Part shown: in pieces, positions 1-9,594 of the stretch
Numbering within the stretch: the stretch's first letter is position 1
How the letters are laid out: each line of letters opens with the position of its first letter
Source: a virus
Taxonomy: Duplodnaviria > Caudoviricetes
Strand: one strand, 5' to 3'
IMG/VR virus record: IMGVR_UViG_3300030330_006113
Location: 1-30,934 of that record
DNA: 30,934 nucleotides
Position numbers and translations under genes: made by a program
The notes under the pieces: model-generated
Database searches by the model: none
What the model saw: the letters and a program-made list of their open reading frames with translations, nothing else
Told to the model about the DNA's origin: nothing

Positions 1-45
1 GGGGGGGGGGGGGGGGAAGAAGAAATATTATAATACTATCGATAG

Positions 46-189
46 TTAACTTTTGTCTAATGCATTTTGCAACTTTTCAGTATGCTCCTCCAACTCCTTT
101 ATAATAACAAACTCCTGTTCAATTCTAGCCTTTGCCTGCTCTGTTTTTGTACGTAAACAGTATATTACTTCTTGAATCGCTTCTTTCAT
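46..189 (-). CDS. Small coiled-coil protein, 47 aa (MKEAIQEVIYCLRTKTEQAKARIEQEF...NALDKS), not in ORF track
   Basis: Hand-translated; AAGGGG SD just upstream; own promoter at 222-250. Confidence 0.65.
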   Translation of the reverse strand: MKEAIQEVIYCLRTKTEQAKARIEQEFVIIKELEEHTEKLQNALDKS

Positions 190-221
190 TTTTACCCCTT
201 AACAAATGTATACTATAGTTA

Positions 222-250
222 ACTATATCAGAGAGAACCGTATTTTTCAA
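222..250 (-). promoter_or_regulatory. Sigma70-type promoter TTGAAA-17-TATAGT with extended TG
   Basis: Minus strand reads TTGAAA aatacggttctctctga TATAGT; overlaps palindrome TATAGTTAACTATA (214-227). Confidence 0.65.
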
Positions 251-277
251 CTTTTTTCGTTCAACTTTGTACAAAAA

Positions 278-532
278 TTAGATTTTTTTTGTTAAGACTT
301 CAGATTGAAACTTGTCTATACCGCCTTTAACTTTTTGAACTTTATCCTTCAAACTGTTAGCAATTTCTAAAACTTCTAACATTTTTTGTGTGTGCAGTTC
401 TTTTAACTCATTAAGTTTTGTAATTATTGTATTTGTATCCTCATCGAATTTGTTAACAATATCAAAAAGTATCTCTTTCATTACCACAACTTCTTTTTCT
501 ATATGTTCTACTTTGTTTTCAATTTTTGTCAT
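278..532 (-). CDS. Coiled-coil hypothetical protein in lysis module
   Basis: 84 aa with heptad character; follows holin-like gene. Confidence 0.6.
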   Translation of the reverse strand: MTKIENKVEHIEKEVVVMKEILFDIVNKFDEDTNTIITKLNELKELHTQKMLEVLEIANSLKDKVQKVKGGIDKFQSEVLTKKI

Positions 533-533
533 A

Positions 534-956
534 TTATTTTACCCCTTCTTTTTTATTTAAAATTAACACATCTTCTAGAGATCCGCCATTTTTTTGAACA
601 ATGAAGGAAACTGCACCAAGAAGTTTTTCTAGTTGCGCCTCCGTGTTATCAATTTCCTCTTTCACTTCATCCAAATATTCATGCATTTCTTTTTTGCTAA
701 CTTTTAAAGTAAGCTCATTTTTTACTTCCGTCATATTATTATTAATAAGCATATCTAGTTTTATGTACTTTTCATTTAGTTTAGAAAAGCATAGTTCATT
801 TGTTGTTTTTATTTGGTCTAATTCTTTTTTTCTCACAAAAAACTTTGTTGTTACCCAGACTACAGCAAAAGGTATAGACCCTAGCACAAAACCAAATAGG
901 GTTTTTTTATCGAGCATTGAGAATAAATATTCAATAATCACCACAACTATTTCCAT
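534..956 (-). CDS. Membrane protein with C-terminal coiled coil (holin or i-spanin-like)
   Basis: Hydrophobic TLFGFVLGSIPFAVVWVTT followed by coiled coil; adjacent to endolysin candidate. Confidence 0.55.
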   Translation of the reverse strand: MEIVVVIIEYLFSMLDKKTLFGFVLGSIPFAVVWVTTKFFVRKKELDQIKTTNELCFSKLNEKYIKLDMLINNNMTEVKNELTLKVSKKEMHEYLDEVKEEIDNTEAQLEKLLGAVSFIVQKNGGSLEDVLILNKKEGVK

Positions 957-1457
957 TTAGACATCATCTCCATCAATAATTTTTATTTTAGATACTTCTG
1001 GCACAAAAGTATTTACAAACTCTTTATAAAACCGTTTATATGCTTCAGTAGAATTTCCTATAAACCCTTTTTTTGTTACATTTTGTTCGGCAGTATCTCC
1101 TAGAAGAACACATCCCTTTGTATGTTGGTCATGATTACCACAATGCAATAAAATGTCAGTAAAGTTAGGTACTCCTACTATTTCAATCATTCCGTTATGA
1201 TGAATATCTTTAAATCTTGTTTTATATCTAGAATAAAACCCACCTTCTTTTTTATAATTTAATTTATAAATACCTGCTGGTATACGTGTTGAGCCACTTA
1301 CTTTTTCATCTGGGAAATGAAATCTATCCTCCAAAGTAAAACAACAAAAGTTTTTTATGCCTAATGAATTTATTATATATAAACTTCCTAAAGTTGAATT
1401 TAAGCCACTAGAGAATCTATATAACTCTAGATTACAATGCTTTGAGATTTTATTCAT
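957..1457 (-). CDS. DUF5675 family protein, L,D-transpeptidase-like putative endolysin
   Basis: Motifs FTLED, TRIPAGIY, GVPNF, ILLHCGNHDQHTKGCVLLG (His...Cys pair). Confidence 0.8.
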   Translation of the reverse strand: MNKISKHCNLELYRFSSGLNSTLGSLYIINSLGIKNFCCFTLEDRFHFPDEKVSGSTRIPAGIYKLNYKKEGGFYSRYKTRFKDIHHNGMIEIVGVPNFTDILLHCGNHDQHTKGCVLLGDTAEQNVTKKGFIGNSTEAYKRFYKEFVNTFVPEVSKIKIIDGDDV

Positions 1458-1647
1458 CTGGTTGCTCTATTGTAATTAATTTGTAATCGTCGTTTTGTAT
1501 ATTATCTTGCACAATTTTTAGAACAGGAAATATAGCTTTTGGAGCCGGGACACCAACAGTTTGATTAAAATTAGATTTTGCATCTTTGTAACTTTGTAAT
1601 TTTTCGCAAAATTCTGCTTTTGTGCCATCTAAAATTATTGTATACAT
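1450..1647 (-). CDS. Hypothetical protein, possible fibre assembly factor
   Basis: AGGAG SD; lies directly after the tail fibre gene. Confidence 0.5.
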   Translation of the reverse strand: MYTIILDGTKAEFCEKLQSYKDAKSNFNQTVGVPAPKAIFPVLKIVQDNIQNDDYKLITIEQPDE

Positions 1648-1665
1648 TGCATCTCCTTTTTTTAA

Positions 1666-2541
1666 TTATGTTTTTATGTAAAATTTAAAGCCAATATTTT
1701 TAGGGCGTGTTTCGTTTCCCCCAGTATTATCTGTAGTCTGCGCCGTGTCTAACGGTGGCGAACTAAAACGTTGTATCCACGAAAGCCTATAGAAACTTGA
1801 TGTTCCTGTATGCCTACCTAAATCATGATTATGCGATTTAAATTCATCAGATTGCAAAGTTCCAACCTGGTCACCTGTAGAACCGTCCCCACGATTTGTT
1901 CTTGTAGATAAATCGGGATCTATCGTACTGTTTCCAATGTCTCTCATAAAATACCCACGTGTATCTGGTAAGGTGAAAGTTGTTGCTGGGGTAAACTCAA
2001 GTGGAGATACAGGAAGTTCTTGCCATCCCACTACTGAGAAATCAAATGTGTTAGCAGATACATTCTCTATAACGACGCCTCTATTAATAACATCTGAACT
2101 TGCTACATCTGTATATTTTACCGATACATACGACCCATTTGCTAAACCATGACCTGCCGAAGTTACTGTGCAAACGTTACCTGTAACAGAGACTCCGGAT
2201 GCTGACACAGGTGTTCCATCACCTGGACCATATGTATGCCCAATGGCTTTAAACAAATCTAAATATGTACTTATGGTTTGGTTTGCACCGTTACATCTTA
2301 AAAAACCAGGTGCTGCATAGGTGGTGGCCATTTGTATCACTTGACCAGTAGGAACGCCATTACTTATTGAAACGTTTATGCTATTCGCTGTAATGTCTGC
2401 GCATGTTAGATTAGCTACATTAAGATCATATTGACCATTAGTCAGAAACTGTACAACTTTTGTGAAGTTTGAATCCCATTGTGTATTAGTAAATAGGTTG
2501 CCTGCCCATAATTTTAAATCATTTACTGACGGTAAAGCCAT
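1666..2541 (-). CDS. Short tail fibre with phage tail collar domain
   Basis: VPTGQVIQMA...PGFLRCNG...YLDLFKAIGHTYG...TTFTLPDTRGYFMR; C-terminal QSDEFKSHNH...GGNETRPKNI. Confidence 0.85.
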   Translation of the reverse strand: MALPSVNDLKLWAGNLFTNTQWDSNFTKVVQFLTNGQYDLNVANLTCADITANSINVSISNGVPTGQVIQMATTYAAPGFLRCNGANQTISTYLDLFKAIGHTYGPGDGTPVSASGVSVTGNVCTVTSAGHGLANGSYVSVKYTDVASSDVINRGVVIENVSANTFDFSVVGWQELPVSPLEFTPATTFTLPDTRGYFMRDIGNSTIDPDLSTRTNRGDGSTGDQVGTLQSDEFKSHNHDLGRHTGTSSFYRLSWIQRFSSPPLDTAQTTDNTGGNETRPKNIGFKFYIKT

Positions 2542-3917
2542 TATCTTGTCCTCCTAAATCTTTCGTTTATAATCTCGTTTTGGTATGTAGGCGAATAATT
2601 TCCTGCTGGGGTGCGTTCTTGTATTGGTGTAAATCCACTTGTCCCTGCCATTATTTTCGGAATTGACCTTGTTAATAATGGATTTAATCTTTGCTGTGTT
2701 GGCAAAGTGGATTTATATCCCTTTTCTAACAGATCCCCTACATATGGTATTGATCTTAAAGCCCCAGGGGCTTTAATGTCTTGGAATGCTTTTGACGTCT
2801 CTAGAGATAGAGCTCCTTCTGTAATATTATCTTTTAATTTTTTTTGAACTTTGTCATCTAGTTTTAATGTATTTATGGCTTTTCTAAAATAAGCTTGATT
2901 TGTAGGTCCTGAAGAAATAAATCCCTGGCCAAACTTTCCAATATTTCTATATTGATCTGATTTATTATAAAGATTTTTAACAGCTTTATTCTCTTGTAAT
3001 ACTGACAAATTTCTTGTTTGTTTTTTGTATTCTTTGGCTTTTGTATTATATTTTGGATTTTTTAAGATGTTATCAATATTTTTTCTAACAGCTTTTAATG
3101 GATCATCTAAAATATTTCGTTCATTCCAATTAATAGCTTTATCAGCCATACGCCTAGTCTCATAAAGTTTATTTAATGTTAGATCAGGGTCAGCTATCCT
3201 GTTTAATATCATATTGTAAACTTTTTCATTTCTAACAGGTGCATCTAAGTCTAGTTTTCCTAAATCAGAATAAATTTTATTTGATACTTCTTTAGTTAAT
3301 TTACCACTAGCAATTGAATTTGACTGTTTATCCATAAAGGTTCTCTTCAACGCATCCATTGAATCTGCAGTTGCAGTACCTACAGCATCAACATATCTAG
3401 GATCAGATAGACTTCCTGTAGATATTTTCTTTTTTCCTGAAAAAAGTTCTCTATTTCTATTTAAAACGTCTTTAGCTGATTCAAATGTAGTAGAAGAAAC
3501 ACCCTTTCCTTTTTTTAATCCTTTAAAAGCATCAAAACCCTTACTAATTAATTTTCCTCCTACTAAATCTATTGCAGCAGCTTTACCACTTTGTTTTAAG
3601 GCTGTAGGTAATGACTCCCCTTCAGATCTTCCTTCTAAAAATCGACCTACACCAGTAGCTCCAGCTGATAAAGCTCTTCCTTGTGGTGTAGCTTTTGCAA
3701 AAATGCCTGCATAGGGGAGAGCTTTCCCAATCATTGATAGCGTATTTTGCTCATAATTTTCTGCTGGCATAACTTGCCCTCTTTCAGGAATTTCTACGCT
3801 ATTATCTATTGGGTCTAATGAAGAAAACACTTTAAGTATAGTTTCATTAGAAGGGGGTTTGTCTCCTGTCAATTCAACAACACGTCCATCTGGTGAGGTT
3901 ATTTCATAAGTAGGCAT
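2541..3917 (-). CDS. Putative ejection (DNA transfer / internal virion) protein
   Basis: N-terminal MPTYEITSPDGRVVELTGDKPP motif, Gly/Ala hydrophobic patch, helical body; position in podovirus ejection cluster. Confidence 0.65.
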   Translation of the reverse strand: MPTYEITSPDGRVVELTGDKPPSNETILKVFSSLDPIDNSVEIPERGQVMPAENYEQNTLSMIGKALPYAGIFAKATPQGRALSAGATGVGRFLEGRSEGESLPTALKQSGKAAAIDLVGGKLISKGFDAFKGLKKGKGVSSTTFESAKDVLNRNRELFSGKKKISTGSLSDPRYVDAVGTATADSMDALKRTFMDKQSNSIASGKLTKEVSNKIYSDLGKLDLDAPVRNEKVYNMILNRIADPDLTLNKLYETRRMADKAINWNERNILDDPLKAVRKNIDNILKNPKYNTKAKEYKKQTRNLSVLQENKAVKNLYNKSDQYRNIGKFGQGFISSGPTNQAYFRKAINTLKLDDKVQKKLKDNITEGALSLETSKAFQDIKAPGALRSIPYVGDLLEKGYKSTLPTQQRLNPLLTRSIPKIMAGTSGFTPIQERTPAGNYSPTYQNEIINERFRRTR

Positions 3918-3919
3918 TA

Positions 3920-5116
3920 TTAATTTTTCACCTTTACTATATATCCATCCATTATATTACTTTCATTTTTTTTACTAGGCATTTGTTCACCAACATTTCT
4001 ATAAAGTATTTCCTCTTGCGTATTAGGTAAATCCGATTCTAACCTTAATATACTTTGTTTTATTTCTAATAGATCCCTAATCATTTCTTCTGAAGATTTT
4101 CCTGCATCTAAAGCAGACGCTGATTTTTGCAAGAAATTCGTTTCTGCGTCTGAAACAGTTCCCAAAGCTCCACCAGTTGGTGAGTTATTTCTCATATTTT
4201 GCAGCTCTCCAAAACCTAAATTGGCTTTTATACGCTCAATATGTGAATATGCATTTTTTTGACGTGGAGTTCCTACAAATCGTCCAAATGATTCTGCGGC
4301 ACCCTCTAAGGCATTATTAGCAACAACAGCCTCTCCTAATTCTGTCATTGCATATTTAACTTCCCCATTTTTATCCTTTACTTCTTTAATTAACGAATCA
4401 ATAGAATTCAAAACACGTTTATTAGTTTCACGGGTTGATTTAATTCTACCTAAATCTTTCCTTGCACTTTCCAAGTCTTCTTTATATGTTTTAGAGTCTA
4501 AATATCTTTTTTCAATACCACCTTCGTTTATGGTTTTATAGTAATACTCTGGTATTTTTTTATCTTGTTTTAATTGTTCTTGGTTTTGATCTTTTGGCAT
4601 TGTGGTTTGCAGTTCTAAACCTTTTAAAGCCCTATTATTTTCAGATTTTTGTTCTTGTAACCCTGCTGCTAAATTTGCTTGTTCTGTATCTCTTAAATCT
4701 TTTAAATACTGCATTGCTAATTGTGTTTGTTGTTGATTAAGAGCTTGTGCTTGATTTTGTGCTTGCGAAAAGTTACGGGCATCTTGCAATCCGCTTTGAT
4801 ATAGCCCTTGAGCTAAATAAGGATTAGAGTCGGCTAATAAGGCGGCCGATATTTGTTTACCTTGTGGGTTATTAATAAGATAATTACCTATTTGTGCAGC
4901 ACTATCTACGACTCCTGGTATAAATCCTTCTTCAAACCCTTGTCCTAGATTCTCTAAAGTAACTTGCTCAGGTGGTGAATACGTTTGCATTAATTGTTGG
5001 GCAATTCTTTGATTTAGCATACGTTGTGTTTCACTTTGTGGTCGCATGCCTTGCATAGATCTCATTGCATTTACAAGATTTTTATCTTCTTCGTTAACAA
5101 ATGATGGTCTTAGCAT
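3920..5116 (-). CDS. Putative ejection (DNA transfer) protein
   Basis: Gln-rich helical N-half; LGFGELQNMRNNSPTGGALGTVSDAE motif typical of podovirus DNA-transfer proteins. Confidence 0.7.
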   Translation of the reverse strand: MLRPSFVNEEDKNLVNAMRSMQGMRPQSETQRMLNQRIAQQLMQTYSPPEQVTLENLGQGFEEGFIPGVVDSAAQIGNYLINNPQGKQISAALLADSNPYLAQGLYQSGLQDARNFSQAQNQAQALNQQQTQLAMQYLKDLRDTEQANLAAGLQEQKSENNRALKGLELQTTMPKDQNQEQLKQDKKIPEYYYKTINEGGIEKRYLDSKTYKEDLESARKDLGRIKSTRETNKRVLNSIDSLIKEVKDKNGEVKYAMTELGEAVVANNALEGAAESFGRFVGTPRQKNAYSHIERIKANLGFGELQNMRNNSPTGGALGTVSDAETNFLQKSASALDAGKSSEEMIRDLLEIKQSILRLESDLPNTQEEILYRNVGEQMPSKKNESNIMDGYIVKVKN

Positions 5117-5592
5117 TAGCCTTGCCCTCCTAATCCTTGTAAGGTTCTTCTGCCTCTTATTTGACCTAAATTAGTACGCCTATCCATTGCCTCTTGAAAC
5201 GCTAAATTATCTAATTGCCTTTGCATTTCTTGTGTAAGTAAACCAGATTGCCTAGATTGCTCTAATGCAGCTACTGGGCCTCTCACGCCAGCTTGTGCCA
5301 GAGCTGTTCTTGTTGCTTGTTCAGCTCTTTCTTGACCAGGTGTTGAACCCCTAACGATAGATTCTCTTAACTGTGCTAATTCCGGTATGGGTTTTGAATA
5401 TAAATTTTCGAAATTCATACCTTGTTCTAAGCCTCTTTGTATAGAATTATCAAATCGCCTTCTACCTTCAGCAAAGTCTTGATCAAATCTACGAGCACTT
5501 TCTGCCTGACTTAAATCAAACAATTCCTTTTGTTGCTCGAGATTAGCTCTAAACTGTCTATCTGATAATCCACCACTTGAACCTTTTCCCAT
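5116..5592 (-). CDS. Putative small ejection/pilot protein
   Basis: MGKGSSGG start, Q/R/A-rich helices; follows GNAT as in many podoviruses. Confidence 0.6.
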   Translation of the reverse strand: MGKGSSGGLSDRQFRANLEQQKELFDLSQAESARRFDQDFAEGRRRFDNSIQRGLEQGMNFENLYSKPIPELAQLRESIVRGSTPGQERAEQATRTALAQAGVRGPVAALEQSRQSGLLTQEMQRQLDNLAFQEAMDRRTNLGQIRGRRTLQGLGGQG

Positions 5593-5594
5593 TT

Positions 5595-6056
5595 TTAAAT
5601 CTCCTTTACATATTGTTGGTACAAAAGCTTATAGCCCATTTTTTTTAATAGTTTATTTGCTGCACTACAAATGTTATCTCCATCGACAGAATGCAAATGA
5701 TTCACCATTCTTTTTAAGCTATTTTTCTTCATAAAACTGGTTAATCCTTTTAATACACCATAGGCAGCTTTTATTCTTTTAAATTTAGATATATGAGGGC
5801 TTGTAAACCAAATTGCTTCACTTGCATAACATTCGTTACTAAATGGATGTTTAAAAATTGTAGAAATTTGTCCACCAACTATTTTATTTTTTTCTTCTGC
5901 TACGCAAAAATATTTATATTCTCTATCCAATGTTTCTTTTAGAAAATCTTTTACTACTATAACGTCATAATCTGTATGATTACGGTCTTTCCAGAAATCT
6001 ATTATGCATTCTAGTACAGCATCTATATCATTAGCAGTTGCTTCTCTAAACTTCAT
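5595..6056 (-). CDS. GNAT-fold acetyltransferase-like protein (probable start ATG 6056)
   Basis: MKFREATANDIDAV, FCVAEEKNKIVG, C-terminal LLKKMGYK. Confidence 0.75.
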   Translation of the reverse strand: MKFREATANDIDAVLECIIDFWKDRNHTDYDVIVVKDFLKETLDREYKYFCVAEEKNKIVGGQISTIFKHPFSNECYASEAIWFTSPHISKFKRIKAAYGVLKGLTSFMKKNSLKRMVNHLHSVDGDNICSAANKLLKKMGYKLLYQQYVKEI

Positions 6057-6492
6057 AGATATTCCCATATTTTCGTAACATTGCTTCGTTAATACTTTCA
6101 TTAATTTGTGGTTTAAATCGTCCTACATTTCTTGGTGCAAATCGACTAGTTCCATAATCTAAATTAGGAATAGGTAGAATTTGTGGTGACAGCATTTGCT
6201 TAGGTTGCGTTGCATTACTTATCGTAGATGCTATTGTTGCGTCTAGCCCAGCTTGTCCTACTGATTTCATTAAAGGACTAAGAGAAAATTTTTCAGGTGG
6301 TCCTACAAATTCTGCGCCTTGTGGTTTGTAACCCGCTAATGATCCTATACCTTGTCCTACATAGCCAATACCACTTGCAATAGGTTGTGCAACTGTTGCC
6401 AGTCCTGTACCTAAAACTTGACCAGCTGTTCCTAACGTTGTTAATCCAGCTTTTCCAATACCACCTAAAATTCCACCTAATAAAGGTAACAT
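6046..6492 (-). CDS. Gly-rich hydrophobic virion/ejection protein
   Basis: MLPLLGGILGGIGKAGLTTLGTAGQVLG GxxxG-rich N-terminus. Confidence 0.6.
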   Translation of the reverse strand: MLPLLGGILGGIGKAGLTTLGTAGQVLGTGLATVAQPIASGIGYVGQGIGSLAGYKPQGAEFVGPPEKFSLSPLMKSVGQAGLDATIASTISNATQPKQMLSPQILPIPNLDYGTSRFAPRNVGRFKPQINESINEAMLRKYGNIYEV

Positions 6493-8300
6493 TACATCTC
6501 CTTATTACTTACTTGATCTGCCACTAATCTAAATCCACGAAACTTAAAAATATCTTTTGTTTTCATGTTAAAACTCAACCATCTACCATATCTATTTATA
6601 TGTATAACTCTGTAATCAATATCATCCTCTGAACCCATATAGAAATTTGAATCAAAATACCGTGAATCATAATAGCCACCATCCATATTTAATTGGAAAG
6701 ACATTTTTGAATTATTTTTGCTCTCAATAACAACATCAATATCAATAGGTTCTGTTGATGAATTAGCAAAATATAGATATAACTTTTTAAAATCCTTTAT
6801 ATTTTCAGAGACCATTAGATCTGCACTTTCAATCGAGGACTCATATTCCTGATTGTAGATTTTATCTCCGAGATAAAATTGGCCAATAACAGAATTATCT
6901 AACATACCTACGTACATTTTTTGATCTACAATGCTAAGATAATTAACAGGGTTACTTTCGTTTTCTGTTCTAATATCATAAAGAGTCCATTTATTGCCTC
7001 TTATATCAAAAACAAAGAAAGTGTTTGTTATACACAAATGATATTTATAATCATAAAATAATGCATTTATAGTATCAGAATCACCTATTCCATCTTGCAA
7101 CTTATTACGAATAAATTCTGACCAATTTTCTGTTTTTAAGTTATCTAATGTAGTTTGTATAGGGAGCGCAAAGTTACCATTAAAAACACGTACATCATTT
7201 AATGTAGATAAGAACATGACGCCGCCAGGAAATGTTTTTATATTACCAGCTAGATCAGTATATTGATTATCTGGTACGCGAACCATGCTATCTGGATCTA
7301 AACATCCGACATTGCTTCTACTTTGTGAAACAGTTGGGGTTTGTGCAGATAAATCTACTACATATATTTGTTTTAGGCTTGCTACAATAATTTTATCGTA
7401 ATCTTGTGATAAGCCTGTTATTTTAGTGTTGTCATTAGCGACACCTGTAACATTAATTGTTCCTCGCAAATTCGTAAAAAACTCTTTTTGTGTTTCTGTA
7501 GTATAAAGCAGGTTCGGATTACTGGTATTAATTGCCCCAACTAATCTAGAGTTGTTTGTTTGTAATTTTTTTGGTTTTGGCATAGGGTCATTAACATCAA
7601 TAATAGGCGCACCTAAGGCTGCATCTGTAATATTGTCATCAAAAAATAAAGTTGTGTTATCAGAAATAGTAGTTAATAAAAAATATTGTGTACCATTAGC
7701 TACAGTTCTATAAATTTTACGTGAAGTAACATCAGTAGGCCCTAGTGGCACCTCTAGTTGTACTTGTTGATTACCTGGTTGAACTGTGTTTGAAATTGTG
7801 CCAAATCTAGATTCAACACCACCGATTTCTATTGTCATTTGGTACCGATATGTACCATTCAAATTTCCTGAAGATTGTAAAACTTCTGCTCTAGGAGATC
7901 CCATTTCCCATACATACTCACCATCATAAATAATAGGGTAGTTTGTACCATTAGTAATAAATAACCTGTCGTTTAAGACTGTGAAGTCACATTTAGCTGT
8001 TAAAGAAAGCCCTGAAAACACTATTACAGGACTATCAAAAATGTCTTTATACACATTTCCATTAAGTACAGCTATATTTTCGACAACAGTAGTATTATTT
8101 TTTTCATATATGAACTCAAAAATACCACATATAGGGTTTGTTGAGCTATAATTTGCAACTTCAGTAATACCTTTAATCCTGTCACAACCTGTCATAGAAT
8201 CAAAATTTATATTAGCTGCATCGTATAAAAAATTTGCTGGAACAAACTTTTTTTCTCTTTCGTTTCTAATTCCCGATAACTCTGTAACCTGCAATTCCAT
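6492..8300 (-). CDS. Tail nozzle / DNA stabilisation protein (P22 gp10 / T7 gp12-like)
   Basis: 602 aa beta-rich; LNDRLFITNG, SNVGCLDPDSMV, GGVMFLS motifs; follows adaptor. Confidence 0.75.
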   Translation of the reverse strand: MELQVTELSGIRNEREKKFVPANFLYDAANINFDSMTGCDRIKGITEVANYSSTNPICGIFEFIYEKNNTTVVENIAVLNGNVYKDIFDSPVIVFSGLSLTAKCDFTVLNDRLFITNGTNYPIIYDGEYVWEMGSPRAEVLQSSGNLNGTYRYQMTIEIGGVESRFGTISNTVQPGNQQVQLEVPLGPTDVTSRKIYRTVANGTQYFLLTTISDNTTLFFDDNITDAALGAPIIDVNDPMPKPKKLQTNNSRLVGAINTSNPNLLYTTETQKEFFTNLRGTINVTGVANDNTKITGLSQDYDKIIVASLKQIYVVDLSAQTPTVSQSRSNVGCLDPDSMVRVPDNQYTDLAGNIKTFPGGVMFLSTLNDVRVFNGNFALPIQTTLDNLKTENWSEFIRNKLQDGIGDSDTINALFYDYKYHLCITNTFFVFDIRGNKWTLYDIRTENESNPVNYLSIVDQKMYVGMLDNSVIGQFYLGDKIYNQEYESSIESADLMVSENIKDFKKLYLYFANSSTEPIDIDVVIESKNNSKMSFQLNMDGGYYDSRYFDSNFYMGSEDDIDYRVIHINRYGRWLSFNMKTKDIFKFRGFRLVADQVSNKEM

Positions 8301-9235
8301 TAAAAGTTCCTAGAGTACGTAGTCGATTCAAAAGGATAAATATGCCTAGTGGTTTTATATGTATTAGTATTATCGCGACCTTTTACTAAAGAATACTTAC
8401 AATCATCTAAAAACTCTTTGTAATCTCTTTTATAAAAAGCAGCTCTTTCTATATCAACTTTAGATAAAAGTTTATAGCTGGCTTCATCGATTACTCCTTC
8501 AATGTGATCGTCTGAAATTTCCATTTCTTTTTGAAGATAGCTAGGATCAATTGTTGTATTGTTAAGTAAAGGAATTTTCCAGTGATTTTTGTAGTAATAG
8601 ACATAAAAGTTTTTTGACTCGACTGGGCTTGCTATAACATGATTTTGTGCATTTGTACCCTCAACTCCTCTTCTACAATTTAATAGGGTGTTGTTTGGAA
8701 TATCTATTTTTTCATACGCTATAGTCTCTGCACCTATTTGGCATCGACCTTCGTATTCTAAAAAACCATTTGTACTAATTAGTGTTATGTCGGTTGATTC
8801 TGATGTTATTGGTGCTGCTAACGAAGTAGCTGAAAAAGATTCGTTAAAAAGTGGGAATATATTTATGTAGTTTTCCCAAAAATAAACATTAGTTGGAAAG
8901 CCTGAAAAATTATTACCATAATATTGGTTGTTTATGGCTATAAATTCTTCTGGTTTTAACAAGTATTTAAGGTTGCTTATTATTGCAAAAAATCCTCTAT
9001 ATGTATTAGTTCTTACTGCGTCTTGAGGAGCATTTACTGATCGTTGTGTTGTGCTTACAGAGTATGATTTTATACCTTCAATACCTAATGTATACTGTGA
9101 ATAATGATCTAAAGCTGTTTGTAAAGCATAAACTATATTTTTTTTTGAAAATATTGTATTAACGCCTTTTCCTGATATATCATCATTTGACGCTATATTA
9201 AATTCTATTCGCTCAATTACTTCATATAATTTCAT
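8300..9235 (-). CDS. Head-tail adaptor (T7 gp11 / P22 gp4-like) with inserted beta domain
   Basis: Helical N-terminus, GFPTNVYFWENYINIFP, C-terminal HIEGVIDEASYKLL...FYKRDY; position before nozzle. Confidence 0.65.
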   Translation of the reverse strand: MKLYEVIERIEFNIASNDDISGKGVNTIFSKKNIVYALQTALDHYSQYTLGIEGIKSYSVSTTQRSVNAPQDAVRTNTYRGFFAIISNLKYLLKPEEFIAINNQYYGNNFSGFPTNVYFWENYINIFPLFNESFSATSLAAPITSESTDITLISTNGFLEYEGRCQIGAETIAYEKIDIPNNTLLNCRRGVEGTNAQNHVIASPVESKNFYVYYYKNHWKIPLLNNTTIDPSYLQKEMEISDDHIEGVIDEASYKLLSKVDIERAAFYKRDYKEFLDDCKYSLVKGRDNTNTYKTTRHIYPFESTTYSRNF

Positions 9236-9585
9236 TAAACTAAATTCCCATACAATTCTAACGTCACAGTAACCTCAAACCCTGATCTATTTTGAAGAGA
9301 TAAATTACCTAAATCAGATCCCTTTATAGTAAGTCTGTCTAAAGGTATATTAGTAAAAGTTCCTGATGTATGAGCTAGAGATACAATGACTTCATGTGTA
9401 CTTCTAAATATAAGAACTTTAGGTGTACCAACATCGTTAAAAGAGAAAGCTTCGTTAGTGTTATCAGGAACCGTTACTTCCCATAGTGTCTTCTCTGTTG
9501 GATTTACCTCTATGGTATCCGTTACCTCTCTTGTTGTTTTTCCATTAAGAATTGTTTGACTTGTTGTTTTTATTAATTGACTCAT
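9235..9585 (-). CDS. Small all-beta virion protein (possible fifth, divergent jelly-roll paralog)
   Basis: 116 aa; C-terminal LGNLSLQNRSGFEVTVTLELYG resembles the ends of its neighbours. Confidence 0.6.
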   Translation of the reverse strand: MSQLIKTTSQTILNGKTTREVTDTIEVNPTEKTLWEVTVPDNTNEAFSFNDVGTPKVLIFRSTHEVIVSLAHTSGTFTNIPLDRLTIKGSDLGNLSLQNRSGFEVTVTLELYGNLV

Positions 9586-9594
9586 TTTCTTCCT

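Noticed and set aside
1-16. G16 homopolymer at the window start
   Set aside because: Most likely a contig-end artefact or assembly break; cannot be interpreted without reads
1666-2541. Diversity-generating retroelement targeting the fibre
   Set aside because: No reverse transcriptase and no TR/VR repeat pair seen
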